Shown piece by piece: positions 9,554-20,448 of a DNA stretch of 33,831 nt. The notes under the pieces are model-generated. The model saw only the letters and a program-made list of their open reading frames with translations. It had not been told where the DNA came from and did not search any database. The position numbers and the translations under genes are program-made. The stretch comes from a virus (lineage: Duplodnaviria; Heunggongvirae; Uroviricota; Caudoviricetes): the IMG/VR virus record IMGVR_UViG_2681813321_000006. One strand, given 5' to 3'. The first letter of the stretch is position 1, and each line of letters begins with the position of its first letter.

Positions 9554-9994
9554 TTAAAACTCCCCGAGAACCTGGTCAATCTTGCCGCAGTCAAACACCC
9601 ACGGCATCGTATTACCGGTTTTAGCGTTGGCGTTATCCGGTTGTTTCTGGAACGCAACACTGCGTGCCGTGATGATGTCGCCGCTGACCTTGTTGCGGAT
9701 CACGATAACGTTATTCCCCCATGTGGCAGAAGACTGGCTCTGTGCGTTATACGCCAGCGACAATTTTTTATTTGTCGGTGATGTCTTCAGAAGGTTAACG
9801 GTAATCGTCCCGCTTTTATCTGCATGGAGACTGTGCATCACTTCGCCATCAGCACCGATGGTCATGGTGTTTTTAGGACCGCCCATCGCAACCACAATCC
9901 CCTCTTCAGAACTTGCCGAACCGTACCCGAGGTCAATCGAACCTGTCGGCCCGGTCAGCGTCGCAGTGACATCCATAAAAGAATAGGTAGACAT
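9554..9994 (-). CDS. Tail tube protein
   Basis: 146-aa ORF immediately downstream of the sheath-sized ORF. Size and order typical for a myovirus tube protein. Confidence 0.5.
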   Translation of the reverse strand: MSTYSFMDVTATLTGPTGSIDLGYGSASSEEGIVVAMGGPKNTMTIGADGEVMHSLHADKSGTITVNLLKTSPTNKKLSLAYNAQSQSSATWGNNVIVIRNKVSGDIITARSVAFQKQPDNANAKTGNTMPWVFDCGKIDQVLGEF

Positions 9995-10004
9995 TCACTT
10001 CCCC

Positions 10005-11150
10005 TTAGCGAACAACGTTAATCTGTACGTCAGCGTAATGAACCGCGCCTGCAAGTTTTATTGCAGCCTGAATCACCGGAGCCTTACGGGCTTCACGTTC
10101 TGATTGAGCCTGTTCATCCAGCGGCTGAGCGTATACGTAATAACCTTTGGGCAGTGTGTCACCTGATGACAACTGACCAAGGTCGCCCCCGTTCCATACG
10201 CCCGGAGCAATCAGTCCATTCTGAACGGCCTGATCCAGTGATTTTTCAACATTTGATAACAGTCGGGTAATACCGGCTTCAGTCTGGGGAACTTTCGTGG
10301 TGCTGGTATAAAGCAGGTTATAGAGGTTGGTCTGCACATAATTCTGTAACCAGTCCAGGCCGTGGCGTTCATCAAAGAAATCGCCGTTAGCCATCACTCC
10401 CTGCTGGAGGATAGCCGTATCATTCTGGTAGTACACGAATACATTGCAGTTTTTTGCATCAAGTGCCGATGCCTGGCTGACTGTCAGTGTTTCATACCCG
10501 ATACCCGGCTCCTGCTTAAACTTGAGCGTAATCGCGGTATTACTGCCATTGAAATTAACCGTGAATGCCCGGCCAAATGCAGATAACGCAGCGTATTTAT
10601 TACCCGATGAATACTGAATAAAACTGCGTGAATATCCGGCGGTTTTCAGTTTTGATGCCAAATCATCGCTGGATGCAGTCTGCAGGCATTTCTCATCGCT
10701 TGTCGTAATCGCCAGAATACGGCTTACAGAAGAGGATTCGATCGCCGCAGCCACTTTCAGCCAGTCTGCATCCTGAATATCTTCATCGTCTGCAATCCCC
10801 AGCCCATACCATGAAGTATAATCAAGCATGGCATTCACAGCCTGCTCCAGCGTCTCAGGCGTGGCCTGTTCGCTGTCTCCCTTCGTTTTCACCCAACGAC
10901 CAACAAAAACCTCCTGAGGTTTCGGTGATTGAGAGAAAAACACCTGCGCAGCCTTATATTCTGGTGATTCCACGCCAAAATCTTTTCCAATATCTTCCGC
11001 GGCAGAATAACGGCGAATGCGCTCACTTACCGGAATGATTGTGGACGGGCCGAGAATGAGTAATGCACCAAAATTTCGCCCTGATGCTGCACGCGGCGAC
11101 ATGATCACATCAACATTAACAACGTTTGATACAGGCAAGCCCTGTGCCAT
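10005..11150 (-). CDS. Contractile tail sheath protein
   Basis: 381-aa ORF preceding the tube ORF and following the head-tail connector cluster. Positional/size call. Confidence 0.55.
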   Translation of the reverse strand: MAQGLPVSNVVNVDVIMSPRAASGRNFGALLILGPSTIIPVSERIRRYSAAEDIGKDFGVESPEYKAAQVFFSQSPKPQEVFVGRWVKTKGDSEQATPETLEQAVNAMLDYTSWYGLGIADDEDIQDADWLKVAAAIESSSVSRILAITTSDEKCLQTASSDDLASKLKTAGYSRSFIQYSSGNKYAALSAFGRAFTVNFNGSNTAITLKFKQEPGIGYETLTVSQASALDAKNCNVFVYYQNDTAILQQGVMANGDFFDERHGLDWLQNYVQTNLYNLLYTSTTKVPQTEAGITRLLSNVEKSLDQAVQNGLIAPGVWNGGDLGQLSSGDTLPKGYYVYAQPLDEQAQSEREARKAPVIQAAIKLAGAVHYADVQINVVR

Positions 11151-11153
11151 AGC

Positions 11154-11720
11154 TTAATCTCCGAAAAAGATGACTGGTGCATCCACCAGCGATTTAATAC
11201 CGTACTCGCGCACAACCTTCCGGCGCAGGCGCACCGTCATATCGTAGCGGCGGACCCATTGCTGATTAATAAGTTCAGGGAAGGGAGTCAGACCTGTGTA
11301 ATCGCCAAGAGACAGCCCCAGCGCATTCAGTGCTGCATTGTTCTGCGGCACAGATATACCGTCACGAAACCGGGACGCATACACCATCCCCGCCGGTCCA
11401 TAAAACGAAGCCATACACTCAATCGTTTCATGCCGCCAGAGCTGAGAGCCATCATCGGTCTGTCTGGTGAATGCCGGACTGTCATCACCTGACCATCCGA
11501 TAACCCCAAACGCACACCAGTTCGTTTCAACCGGTAGCAGTGGCGGCTGCTCTTTCTGCCAGCGCGGGCGAACCATCCCGGCAGACAGACCGGAAACGTT
11601 ACGTATCCACTGGCTTAACAGCCTGTCGAGCGCTTCGTCATAATCCGGATCGCCACTGGTTGGTATTAACCATCCGCGCTCTGTACTGGTGTTATTGCTC
11701 AACCGGAGTTCCCCCATCAA
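11154..11720 (-). CDS. Virion/tail completion protein, unassigned
   Basis: 188-aa ORF in the head-tail connector block; compact spacing. Confidence 0.3.
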   Translation of the reverse strand: MMGELRLSNNTSTERGWLIPTSGDPDYDEALDRLLSQWIRNVSGLSAGMVRPRWQKEQPPLLPVETNWCAFGVIGWSGDDSPAFTRQTDDGSQLWRHETIECMASFYGPAGMVYASRFRDGISVPQNNAALNALGLSLGDYTGLTPFPELINQQWVRRYDMTVRLRRKVVREYGIKSLVDAPVIFFGD

Positions 11721-12081
11721 ACGGCATCAACTCACAATGCGCCTGAACGAATCCGGCCCCATAAGCTGTATACGGGTCGACGAAGGTCACACGGTAATCA
11801 CGGCCCTGATACGTCACGATATCGGCATCACGGCCAGTCTGTCCCTGCGTCAGTCGCTCAGTCGTCACAATCAGAATTGCACCACTGATTACCTGCCCGG
11901 CCTGCATACGACGGTTTTCCAGAGAGCGATCAACAGTAACGACTCCGGCAAACTGCTTTTTAACTTCGCTGTCGCTGCCGATTCCGTCCTCATCCACCGT
12001 TTGCACACGGCGTGTTACCCACAAATTGAAGTCGCAAAAATCGGGGTCAAAAAGCACATCTGTTACATCAAGAGTCGGCAT
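11692..12081 (-). CDS. Head-tail connector protein, unassigned
   Basis: 129-aa ORF; short overlaps with neighbours typical of structural operons. Confidence 0.3.
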   Translation of the reverse strand: MPTLDVTDVLFDPDFCDFNLWVTRRVQTVDEDGIGSDSEVKKQFAGVVTVDRSLENRRMQAGQVISGAILIVTTERLTQGQTGRDADIVTYQGRDYRVTFVDPYTAYGAGFVQAHCELMPFDGGTPVEQ

Positions 12082-12622
12082 CTTTATCCCTCACTACATG
12101 GGTAATAGCTCTGCGATATTGCCCGGTGTCAATTAATGGTTTCGCCAGATCGGTTCCGGGAGATTCGCCAGCAACACGCCGGGCAAGTTCCAGTGTTGCC
12201 CCCTTGCACCCCCGACGAGCCCGGGCTTCAACAGTACTGTCAGCAAGCGGCGTAAAGCCGGTAATGGTCATGTAACGCCTGACGCCATTAACGGCCAGCG
12301 TTCCGGCACGGTTGAGTGCACTTTCTGCTCCCGCAGCATTACCATCAAGTGCAGCCTGCGCCGCGGCTTTAAGCTGCGGCACCGTCTGCTCTTCTGCCGA
12401 TTTAACGCCGGGGACCAGGTGAGGTCGTGGCGGGATGTTCTGCTCTGGTGAGCCGTATTCGTTGAGGTAACCGATGCCCGCATTACCAAACGGAACATCA
12501 TCCCGTTCGCTGTCTTCCGAAGGGATGCCGACCAGCACATCTTTTTTGGTTAACGACCTGAGCGCATCCAGAATGGCCTTAGCGTTATCCACCCTCGTTG
12601 TTACACCGCTTTTGAAACTCAT
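12068..12622 (-). CDS. Head-tail connector/completion protein, unassigned
   Basis: 184-aa ORF in the same block. Confidence 0.3.
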   Translation of the reverse strand: MSFKSGVTTRVDNAKAILDALRSLTKKDVLVGIPSEDSERDDVPFGNAGIGYLNEYGSPEQNIPPRPHLVPGVKSAEEQTVPQLKAAAQAALDGNAAGAESALNRAGTLAVNGVRRYMTITGFTPLADSTVEARARRGCKGATLELARRVAGESPGTDLAKPLIDTGQYRRAITHVVRDKDADS

Positions 12623-13026
12623 AGCTGGCGACCGCCTGCACCGAACATCGTGATCAACTGATAAAATTCAGCGCCATATCGGGTGTTATTCCAGAAACCT
12701 GCATCAGGATTCAGCGTCGCGCTGGTGTCATAGCTGACGCTTACCTTATCCACGGACTTTGAGGACTGAACACCATTGGTTGAACCGCCCGGACCACCAG
12801 CCAGCATCGCTCTGCTGTCAGCCGCCCAGAGCGTCATGTAGTGAGCAACGAACAACCCGGCAAAGTACGGAAACAACTTTTTGCCGGTGACATTTTCGCT
12901 CAGCAGTTCATCGGCCAGATTCAGACGGAACCCGATTTGGGCGTCGGGATATTTTGCCGGGTCAGCAAACTGCGGGAAGTCGCGGCGAAAATCACTTACC
13001 GCTGGCAGACTTTGATTCTTTGACAT
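12619..13026 (-). CDS. Head-tail joining protein (DUF4054-like, tentative)
   Basis: Refined to ATG giving [13 protein letters not shown]...; the longer track ORF overlaps the upstream gene. Family guess from recollection only. Confidence 0.3.
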   Translation of the reverse strand: MSKNQSLPAVSDFRRDFPQFADPAKYPDAQIGFRLNLADELLSENVTGKKLFPYFAGLFVAHYMTLWAADSRAMLAGGPGGSTNGVQSSKSVDKVSVSYDTSATLNPDAGFWNNTRYGAEFYQLITMFGAGGRQL

Positions 13027-13360
13027 CTTTAGCCCCATTACCGCCAGTCCGGGCGGCAGTAATCTGCGCCTGCAGGCTGTCGTTCTGCTCCTGCAGTTTG
13101 AGCAATGCATCTTTAAGATCGGCAATCAGCTTATCTTTGTCGGCAATCTGCGCTTGCAGGCCGTCGATAATGGGTTGCAGATCATCGGTGTCGCTAATCA
13201 CGCTTTCGGAAAGCTCAGAGTGCGCCTGGGTGAACCAGTGCGACGCGACCTCTTCCGGTACGTTATGCCGTCCCCGGCCAAACTCCTGTTTTGACTGATC
13301 GCCGAGCGTCAGCGTAAACGGGGTGTGAACATGGATGGTAACCAGCTTTTCTTTCGCCAT
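12992..13360 (-). CDS. Small coiled-coil virion protein after the capsid gene
   Basis: Refined start ATG 13358-13360 with AAGGAAA upstream (track start 13591 would overlap the capsid gene). C-terminal heptad-like region [33 protein letters not shown]. Confidence 0.3.
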   Translation of the reverse strand: MAKEKLVTIHVHTPFTLTLGDQSKQEFGRGRHNVPEEVASHWFTQAHSELSESVISDTDDLQPIIDGLQAQIADKDKLIADLKDALLKLQEQNDSLQAQITAARTGGNGAKDVKESKSASGK

Positions 13361-13374
13361 TTCAGTTTCCTTCA

Positions 13375-13390
13375 GGCCCCTTTCGGGGCC
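13375..13390 (-). other. GC-rich GNRA-loop hairpin just after the capsid gene stop
   Basis: Minus-strand RNA GGCCCC-GAAA-GGGGCC: 6-bp stem, GAAA tetraloop, no U-tract. Confidence 0.5.
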
Positions 13391-13400
13391 ATTCTGGTTA

Positions 13401-14342
13401 TCAGATACCGTCCACATAGGACAGAGTTTCTTTATACACTGGCTCGACTGCACCCAGCTTGCCGTAGTAAGTGACGATCTGATACAGGCCGCGATACTGC
13501 ACCGGCACGCTCTGAAGCGGAACCAGCGGGTAGCGGACGTATTTTTTATCGTTGGTGTACGCAACCATGCGATCCTTATTCCCCACACCACGGCCTTTCA
13601 GCCATTTAACCGCGCGGATATTCAGCGGAACACCGTTCTGGTGATAGCTGATGGTGTTGGTCTGAAGGTACGTCAACAGGGACTGGTTACCCGCAGATGA
13701 AACGATGATGCTGGACAACAGAGCAAACTGTTCAGGCGGGATCAGCAAATCACGCGGGACCACAGAGTAACCAGAAGCGGCCCACGCATCAGACAGCACC
13801 TGGTTAATGCTTGCGCGGATTTCGTCCGGTGTTGAGGTTGCCCACGTTTTGGCAGCGTTGTTGACAGGCACGCCGTCCAGGGTAACAAGGCCTTTCAGGT
13901 TTAATGCGGAATCGCCAACATATACCTGTTCATCGTTATCCATCTGCCATTTCAGTTGCATCCCGTCATACTTCTGCGTATCAATCGGGCGGCCGACCTG
14001 CTGAGCAGCCTGCAATTCTATGACCGTCCAGCCAAGTTCCATCCCCCACAGGTTCAGCGGGTTACCGGATTTGCCGGTATCCACGTTCACGCCAGCAATA
14101 GCGGTTGAGTCTTTGCCTACCCAGTTTTTGCCATTCGGATTTGCACCAGTACCCGCAGCGGCGAAGCTGGTATTCGTCCAGCTGGAAATGTCATCTGCGA
14201 TAGAGACATCTTCATGCAACTGAATATCGCGGGTCCAGGTGTACCCCACCAGTGGCAGGTTCAGCGTCTGGTCGAGTCGCTCCAGCTCCCCGATGAGAAA
14301 GGCACCAGAGCTGTCAACGGTTGCCTGATCAAAAGTAATCAT
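13401..14342 (-). CDS. Major capsid protein
   Basis: 313-aa ORF, ATG with AAGGAA upstream; downstream of scaffold/decoration-like ORFs and followed by a stabilising hairpin. Size and order fit a Mu-like major head subunit. Confidence 0.6.
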   Translation of the reverse strand: MITFDQATVDSSGAFLIGELERLDQTLNLPLVGYTWTRDIQLHEDVSIADDISSWTNTSFAAAGTGANPNGKNWVGKDSTAIAGVNVDTGKSGNPLNLWGMELGWTVIELQAAQQVGRPIDTQKYDGMQLKWQMDNDEQVYVGDSALNLKGLVTLDGVPVNNAAKTWATSTPDEIRASINQVLSDAWAASGYSVVPRDLLIPPEQFALLSSIIVSSAGNQSLLTYLQTNTISYHQNGVPLNIRAVKWLKGRGVGNKDRMVAYTNDKKYVRYPLVPLQSVPVQYRGLYQIVTYYGKLGAVEPVYKETLSYVDGI

Positions 14343-14353
14343 TCGTCTGTTCC

Positions 14354-14860
14354 TTAAATCTTCCAGGAAATTTCTGCATTGCCGTTAGCATCACCGGCAC
14401 CTGTGAATTCAGCGTTGGTCAGCACCACATTTTTGCCACTGACTGACGTGGACATGAATCCACCCAGCGGCACTTTGATGGATTCATCAGTGGAGACGAC
14501 AACGTATACCGGGTCGCCTTTTTTGATAGTGCTGGCATCAAAATCAGAACCGAGATTAACGGTCACGTAGCCACGCTTCATGGCGTCGCCCGGGAAGTTC
14601 TTGCCTGTTCCCACCTGGCGAACCATGTCCGGCTGCGACGTGGTCGGATAAGGGCGCACGTAGATCCCCTTCACCTTGTCTGCGGTATCACCATCTGCCA
14701 GCGGCACGAAAAAACCGTCATCATCGTATTTACCAGCCAGCCCATAGGCAGCGAAGGCGTTATCGGATTTAAGGACCACCGGTTCGACGGTTAAGTCCTG
14801 CGGGCGAGAGACAGCCCCGGCAATACCAACAGGCATCCGGTACAGAAATACATTATTCAT
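14354..14860 (-). CDS. Head structural/decoration-like protein
   Basis: 168-aa ORF between scaffold-like and capsid ORFs; ATG with AAGGG upstream. Confidence 0.35.
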   Translation of the reverse strand: MNNVFLYRMPVGIAGAVSRPQDLTVEPVVLKSDNAFAAYGLAGKYDDDGFFVPLADGDTADKVKGIYVRPYPTTSQPDMVRQVGTGKNFPGDAMKRGYVTVNLGSDFDASTIKKGDPVYVVVSTDESIKVPLGGFMSTSVSGKNVVLTNAEFTGAGDANGNAEISWKI

Positions 14861-14863
14861 TTT

Positions 14864-16084
14864 TTACCCTTTACGGTTTGCCCAGAATTCAGCGTTTTGT
14901 TTGTTCAGGGAAGCGATACTGGTCATGCCCATGTTTAGGCGCTGTGCATCGCCGGTGGTGGCGCGGGTGTTTCGCCCTTTGGCAATCTCAGACACGGCAT
15001 TAAACGCCATGTCGACCGATTGTTTCGGCAATTTGCGGATATCCGCATCACCGACTATCTGGCGAACCAGCGTTTTGTCAGCGGAAGCCAGAACCTCGCG
15101 TTTGAACGCGGTCGGTTTCATCTTACGGCTCAGATCGATACCCGGAACAATAACTTCGGCACGCCAGGCTGAGTCACCAGTAATCGTGGTTTCCTCTTCA
15201 TCGTCCTCGCCGTCACCGGTCGGATTATCGTCAGGCTTATTATCGTTATCGCCCGTGGCATTTCCTTCCAGCTTAGCCAGCAGGGCTTTCAGTAATGTTT
15301 TGAGGTCATCATCACTGTCGCCGGTTGGGCCTCCCCCCATCTCTGGTGCTTTGTCCGGTAGTGGTTGCTGCGGGGACAGGTTGATATTGAGATTAACGCC
15401 CTGCGGCAAATCCCCCTCATCTCCTGTAACCGATGCGGGAGCCGACTCCACCAGTTCGTTCATGGTGTCGGCATCTCCTGTCTTGATGGCCGCACGCATG
15501 CGGTTCCACCAGTTTTTCTTTTGATTTGCCATTGTGTCTCTGTCTCCAATTGCACAACGATTTCCGGCTCTGCCTTTAGGGACAAGAGCCACATGGTTTC
15601 CGGTAATATCGACCTGCTCAGCTTTACCTGGCTCGGTCTGCTCGTACTCCGCGTCATAGCCGCACGACACTTCGCGCAGGCCATCTTCGATAAGCTGAAT
15701 GGCGTTTTCGTCTTTGACGATAAGGTCAGCCAGCATCAAATCAGACTGCTCACCCGTCCCGCGCCGGACATTCTGGAGGTGCCCGACAGCAAGCTCTTTC
15801 CAGTTCTCGGGATTTACCAGCCGCACATTCCCGTTTTCATCTTCAGGATGCAGAATCGTGATGCTCATCCCTTCGAATGAGGCAAGCGTGGCCGGATGGA
15901 ATACCTGCTCAGGAGAACGCGTGACGACTATTTCACCGAACTTATCGGGTTTCAGTTTTGGCAGGTCATCAGCACCATAGAGCTGCTTACCTGTTCGTCC
16001 TATCGGCACGTCTCTGCACAGCAACGAGCCGTCAGCCAGCTGATAGCGGGTTTCCCCCAGCCGGGTATTGAAAAAATATTTCAT
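14864..16084 (-). CDS. Scaffold/protease-like head assembly protein with acidic low-complexity region
   Basis: 406-aa ORF between the gpF-like and capsid genes. Central Asp/Glu-rich segment with repeated TGD motifs (PTGDSDDD, ATGDNDNKPDDNPTGDGEDDEEETTITGD). Confidence 0.45.
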   Translation of the reverse strand: MKYFFNTRLGETRYQLADGSLLCRDVPIGRTGKQLYGADDLPKLKPDKFGEIVVTRSPEQVFHPATLASFEGMSITILHPEDENGNVRLVNPENWKELAVGHLQNVRRGTGEQSDLMLADLIVKDENAIQLIEDGLREVSCGYDAEYEQTEPGKAEQVDITGNHVALVPKGRAGNRCAIGDRDTMANQKKNWWNRMRAAIKTGDADTMNELVESAPASVTGDEGDLPQGVNLNINLSPQQPLPDKAPEMGGGPTGDSDDDLKTLLKALLAKLEGNATGDNDNKPDDNPTGDGEDDEEETTITGDSAWRAEVIVPGIDLSRKMKPTAFKREVLASADKTLVRQIVGDADIRKLPKQSVDMAFNAVSEIAKGRNTRATTGDAQRLNMGMTSIASLNKQNAEFWANRKG

Positions 16085-16098
16085 GTGTTACCTGCGAT

Positions 16099-16872
16099 TC
16101 AGGCGGGATAAGATTGGGAGGTGGGAAAAACGATTTCTTTATAACAGCGACAATTCGGGAGCTCGCCAGCGTGACCTGTCATGCCGTCAAGCGTTGGAGG
16201 TTTGCCCCATTCGACAAATTTACCTTCCATTTCCCGATGAGAATGCCTGACGTCACCATCTTCGGCTGTACGCCAGATATAACTATTCGAACCAATTGAC
16301 AGCGCACGCGCCTGATCCAGCGCGCCGGTTGCACGTCCAAGTTCAGTACGGGCAATCAGGTCAGCTCTGGACTTTGCTATATCACCCGATGCGGCTATTT
16401 CTTTAGCAAAATATTCTGCTCTCCCACCGGTCACAACAGCTTCTGTCGCCCGATTCTGGATGTCGTACACCCTGTCAGCCGCCTCGAGGGGGAGCGATTT
16501 GATGTACTTGACCTGTTCGGCGATGATGGATTGCATCACCTGGCCCACAGGAGCGCTTTCCACAAGATTGCGGAGCTCGCGACTGATGTTCTTGCTGTGT
16601 TGCCGCCAAACTTTCTCGTTCTGCCGGGTTAGGTCCGCAGTAAAGTTTTCCGCGACCTTTGTCGCCCAGGGGGTGATGATTTCACTGTAGCGTTCCAGCG
16701 CCTCAATAATTTCCGTGATACTGTCATTTGAACCATCGTAGCGACCATTTACGATGTCTCCGACCGCCCGCGCTATCCTGCGTAGGCTGGTTCGATAGCG
16801 GATTTCCGCCTGACGGTTCCTGCGGTTCGTCATCAGATTCGCCGATGCCGGGCGGCGCTTCATCTTCGGCAT
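16099..16872 (-). CDS. Head morphogenesis protein (Mu gpF / SPP1 gp7-like)
   Basis: 257-aa ORF downstream of the portal. ATG at 16870-16872 has GAGGA upstream. C-terminal ...LPNCRCYKEI fits the conserved C-terminal Cys motif of this family (recollection). Overlaps the portal ORF by about 149 nt. Confidence 0.55.
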   Translation of the reverse strand: MPKMKRRPASANLMTNRRNRQAEIRYRTSLRRIARAVGDIVNGRYDGSNDSITEIIEALERYSEIITPWATKVAENFTADLTRQNEKVWRQHSKNISRELRNLVESAPVGQVMQSIIAEQVKYIKSLPLEAADRVYDIQNRATEAVVTGGRAEYFAKEIAASGDIAKSRADLIARTELGRATGALDQARALSIGSNSYIWRTAEDGDVRHSHREMEGKFVEWGKPPTLDGMTGHAGELPNCRCYKEIVFPTSQSYPA

Positions 16873-18190
16873 TCTCGATGTCCTCGTCGGTAATGGATGC
16901 CCCGATGCCGGTTACGTCAGAATTTTCGCGCAAATCAGTCATAGCGGCTTTCAGTGTCATCAGACCATCACCCAGCGCCGTACTGATTGCGTTGGTAGTG
17001 TTTAACGCCACCGTTGAGCGATCGACATCAGACATTTGCCAGAGCGGGTTAAACTCAAACGTGAAATCGTCCGGCAGCGGCTTGCCAAGCTCCGAACGAT
17101 GCATGATGTCCAGTATCCGCCGCACCGGAAGACGTAAACGCCTCTCCTGTAACGAGCTTACCCGGTCGTAATAGTTGGCAAGGTCTGCATCGCCGGTAGA
17201 AAATCCTTTCGGGGACTGTCCGAACAACCGCACCAGTGGGATACCAACAGCGCCACTAATCTGTTCTGCAAACTGCGAAAGGATGTCATCCAGACCACTG
17301 AAGCTGTACTGATGCGTTTCAAACTTATCCCGCGAGTCCATGAGTGTCATACCTTCATTGCTCTGGAACTGTCGAATCAGGTCGATATTCTTCAGCAACG
17401 CTTCATACGCAGGACCACCAAGTGCGATAAGCTCGCGTAGCTTCTCCACGCTGTAGGTGCGCAGATGCGCCTTGTAGACCAGCTGCGCCGCGCCGACAGT
17501 AGCGCTGTCGAACGCGGTAAGACGATCCCAGATACGCTCTACAACCGACATTCCCCATTCGTTCTCGGTCATCTTCTGCTGAAATGGCAGCGTGACGCCA
17601 TCAAAGCGAATCAGGCGACTGTGATGAATGCGCCAGGCAGGAATTCCCGTTGCTGTGGTCACCACATCGTAAAACTCAGGTTTACCCAGGTCCGGCCCCA
17701 TATCTTTAATGCGGCGGGTCAGTACCGGGTCGATCATCCAGCGGTCGAGCGGGAGAATCCCCTTAAACTTGCCCTTACCGATGGTTTCGGGTCGCAGCGG
17801 GGTCATTGGTGCCTGCCCCTCAATCATGATGAAACCCACCGCGCCGCCGTAGAGGCGCGACCATTTCAGCACGTCATTCAGCGCATCCCAGATTTGCAAC
17901 TCATCCAGTTGTGATTCGAGAATGCCACGATCTTTTGCATCAATTTCCGACGTGATGCGAATGCCTTTGCGGGTCATATCATCCGGGATAGCATCGACTG
18001 CTTCGCCGATGATCCAGGATGAACGATAGGACCATTCCACCAGCATGCGGTTACGACTGGTGAAATTAGCCCGGTAGGTGGATGCTGAGTGCTGGTTAGG
18101 TGTCTGCATCCCTACGCGGGCAATAAAATTCTCATAACCATCAGCTGTGGCCTGCGCAGTTCGCCGCAGGGCTTGTTTGTTTCGTGCCAT
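16724..18190 (-). CDS. Portal protein
   Basis: 488-aa ORF immediately after the large terminase (TGATG stop/start overlap); acidic C-terminal tail. Gene order terminase-portal-gpF. Confidence 0.65.
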   Translation of the reverse strand: MARNKQALRRTAQATADGYENFIARVGMQTPNQHSASTYRANFTSRNRMLVEWSYRSSWIIGEAVDAIPDDMTRKGIRITSEIDAKDRGILESQLDELQIWDALNDVLKWSRLYGGAVGFIMIEGQAPMTPLRPETIGKGKFKGILPLDRWMIDPVLTRRIKDMGPDLGKPEFYDVVTTATGIPAWRIHHSRLIRFDGVTLPFQQKMTENEWGMSVVERIWDRLTAFDSATVGAAQLVYKAHLRTYSVEKLRELIALGGPAYEALLKNIDLIRQFQSNEGMTLMDSRDKFETHQYSFSGLDDILSQFAEQISGAVGIPLVRLFGQSPKGFSTGDADLANYYDRVSSLQERRLRLPVRRILDIMHRSELGKPLPDDFTFEFNPLWQMSDVDRSTVALNTTNAISTALGDGLMTLKAAMTDLRENSDVTGIGASITDEDIENAEDEAPPGIGESDDEPQEPSGGNPLSNQPTQDSAGGRRHRKWSLRWFK

Positions 18191-19812
18191 CAGGCCTGTC
18201 TCCCTAGCAGCTCCCAGATGTTCAGGGCTGAATTCATTGGGGCATAGTTGATCATCACCGAGTCGGCAAGGTTTGGCGATCGGGTTCCATCAGGCTGTTT
18301 ATCAATAACGATTTTTCCCACACCATTAATGGAATAGGTCGGCTGCGAAAGCTCGATGATGAGTTTATCTTTGAGTGCCATGCTACTGCTGATTGAGATG
18401 ATTTCGTCCGGGTTGTAAGCCATACCTTCAACCACGGCGCGCCAGGTATTCTGAAAAAGTTTACGTAACCGCCACCAGCTCTGGGCTTTGGCGTTAGCGA
18501 AGAAGTCCTTGTTCAGACGTGCGGCTTGCCCGTTGTCCCCGCGAACAGCTTCATCATCCGGATCAAATACCGCGCCACTACCTCGAAACGGTGTGGCAAG
18601 TATTGACGGTCGACGCGCAGCGTTACGCAGTTCGTTGATAGCGCGTGCATCGCCGCGAACGCCAGCGCCCAGCCCGTCCTCGTCAAAGCGAAACTCTTCG
18701 AGGTTGTCCTGTTCGCAAAAGCCGAAAACCTTCTCGACGGACTGATAAATGTCGCTGCCCACACCGGACCATTCCCGCACATTTTCCAGGAGGAAGCCAT
18801 GACGGGTGGAAAAGGCATTTTTGTCCCTGCCTTCGTCGGCGACATCCATCGCGCCAAGTCGTTTGCCTGTTGGCTGGATACCCAGTTTGATATGCGCATC
18901 AACGGCAGCCTGTACCCATTCGGATGGAATCAGAACGCCTTCCGCTGATGCGCTGTAGTTCAGATCAAGTTCCTGTGCCACCACCACCGGATTATCGATT
19001 TTCTCGCATTCCCTGCGATACCACTCTTCATCCTTGCGAGGATCATCCCGCCAGTGGAATGTGAATACCGGTATCTTCCCGCCATGACGCTTCTGAGCGA
19101 ACGGGTTAGCCATGCCGTTAACTGAACTCAGGTCGATACGGCAACGCGTCGTTTGTGACAACGCCGCATCAATCAGCAGAGGACGCTGAAGGAATGCAGC
19201 CTCATCAACCAGATAAAGCGTGGTACGGTCACCACGACCAATATTATCGCCAGCCTCGCCTTTGATAACGGCACCAGTTTCAGGAAACTCAACACGCATA
19301 TATGGCGCGTGCTTCTTCTCGCTCCACGAACCGCGAAACTCTACAGGTAGCGTTTCCACGAACTTGCGTGCCTTCCAGAACAATGCTTTCGGGTCACCGG
19401 TGCTGTCGACGTATTCCTCTTTACGGGAGCCGAAACCGATAACCATTTCTTTGTTGAAGAGACAAAGCGAGCAGGCCAGTCCGATCGCGGTCCAACTGAG
19501 CCCCATTTCACGGGATTTTTCGGTAATACCATTCTCCCGATTGCCCCAGCGTTCCATAATCCAGTGGATCCACTCCTCCTGCTTAGGGAAGAGTAAAAAC
19601 GGAATGGTCACCGGCAGGCCATAATCAATATTACGCGGGTCCGTTGTCATGCCCCAGTCGATGATGAACTGAGCCGGATTGGTTCGGTAAAACTGCTTCA
19701 ATACGGGCAATATTTCAGGATTCTGGCGAATGCGCTGTAGGCGTTCCATCCGCCATTCAAAAACCATCTGGTAATCAGGATGTTTAAAATCGAAGGGGAA
19801 TGGTAACGGCAT
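18190..19812 (-). CDS. Terminase large subunit
   Basis: 540-aa ORF between the small terminase and portal. Walker B-like [10 protein letters not shown] present. Confidence 0.8.
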   Translation of the reverse strand: MPLPFPFDFKHPDYQMVFEWRMERLQRIRQNPEILPVLKQFYRTNPAQFIIDWGMTTDPRNIDYGLPVTIPFLLFPKQEEWIHWIMERWGNRENGITEKSREMGLSWTAIGLACSLCLFNKEMVIGFGSRKEEYVDSTGDPKALFWKARKFVETLPVEFRGSWSEKKHAPYMRVEFPETGAVIKGEAGDNIGRGDRTTLYLVDEAAFLQRPLLIDAALSQTTRCRIDLSSVNGMANPFAQKRHGGKIPVFTFHWRDDPRKDEEWYRRECEKIDNPVVVAQELDLNYSASAEGVLIPSEWVQAAVDAHIKLGIQPTGKRLGAMDVADEGRDKNAFSTRHGFLLENVREWSGVGSDIYQSVEKVFGFCEQDNLEEFRFDEDGLGAGVRGDARAINELRNAARRPSILATPFRGSGAVFDPDDEAVRGDNGQAARLNKDFFANAKAQSWWRLRKLFQNTWRAVVEGMAYNPDEIISISSSMALKDKLIIELSQPTYSINGVGKIVIDKQPDGTRSPNLADSVMINYAPMNSALNIWELLGRQA

Positions 19813-19814
19813 AC

Positions 19815-20387
19815 TTAGCCCATCATTTTTCTATACGCCTCTGCAGCCTGCTCCGGCGTTAAGTTGGTAATTTCTGTTCTGACGGGTCCTCCATCAGCGC
19901 CAGTCACTTCATTTTTGACGTTGTCTTTAAACGCCTGAACAGAAACATGACGCCCAAGCAACTCAAGGTTTTTAACCTTATCAGGCCACTTAATCTTTTT
20001 AAGGATCCCGACCATTTCTCTGTCATCTCCTCGCCCCTCAAACATTTCAGCGAGGTTAAATCCACTCAGGTACCGACGCCACGATTCCGGCCACGCAGAC
20101 AGAGGCTTAATACTTAAATCGTCCTCCAGGATGTCAGCCACATCGAGCCTGTCGATCTCAACCAGTCGCATCAGCACATAATTAGCATCAATGCCCAGTT
20201 GATCAATACGCTCCTGCTTTAGCTCGTTAATACGGGCGCGTATCTCAGGTTTACCGTATAGTTCAGCCCCCGTAACATGTGCTCGCCTGGAGACGTAGCC
20301 TGCGCGAATAGCTGCTTGTGTAGCATTCAGATCGACAAGAAACTCGCGACAAAACACCTCGTGTTTTGCTTTCAGCTTCTTAGTCAT
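19815..20387 (-). CDS. Terminase small subunit
   Basis: 190-aa ORF 2 nt upstream of the large terminase. N-terminal [25 protein letters not shown] matches the conserved N-terminal HTH region of P27-type small terminases (recollection). Confidence 0.75.
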   Translation of the reverse strand: MTKKLKAKHEVFCREFLVDLNATQAAIRAGYVSRRAHVTGAELYGKPEIRARINELKQERIDQLGIDANYVLMRLVEIDRLDVADILEDDLSIKPLSAWPESWRRYLSGFNLAEMFEGRGDDREMVGILKKIKWPDKVKNLELLGRHVSVQAFKDNVKNEVTGADGGPVRTEITNLTPEQAAEAYRKMMG

Positions 20388-20448
20388 TTTATTTTCCAGT
20401 TATCAGGTCATTATCGAAGCCCCTCCTGGAAGAGCTTCTGTAATGCTA

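Noticed and set aside
14901-15524. 207-aa plus-strand ORF antisense to the scaffold-like gene
   Set aside because: Generated by the low-complexity acidic repeat region on the other strand; Ser/Pro-rich product.
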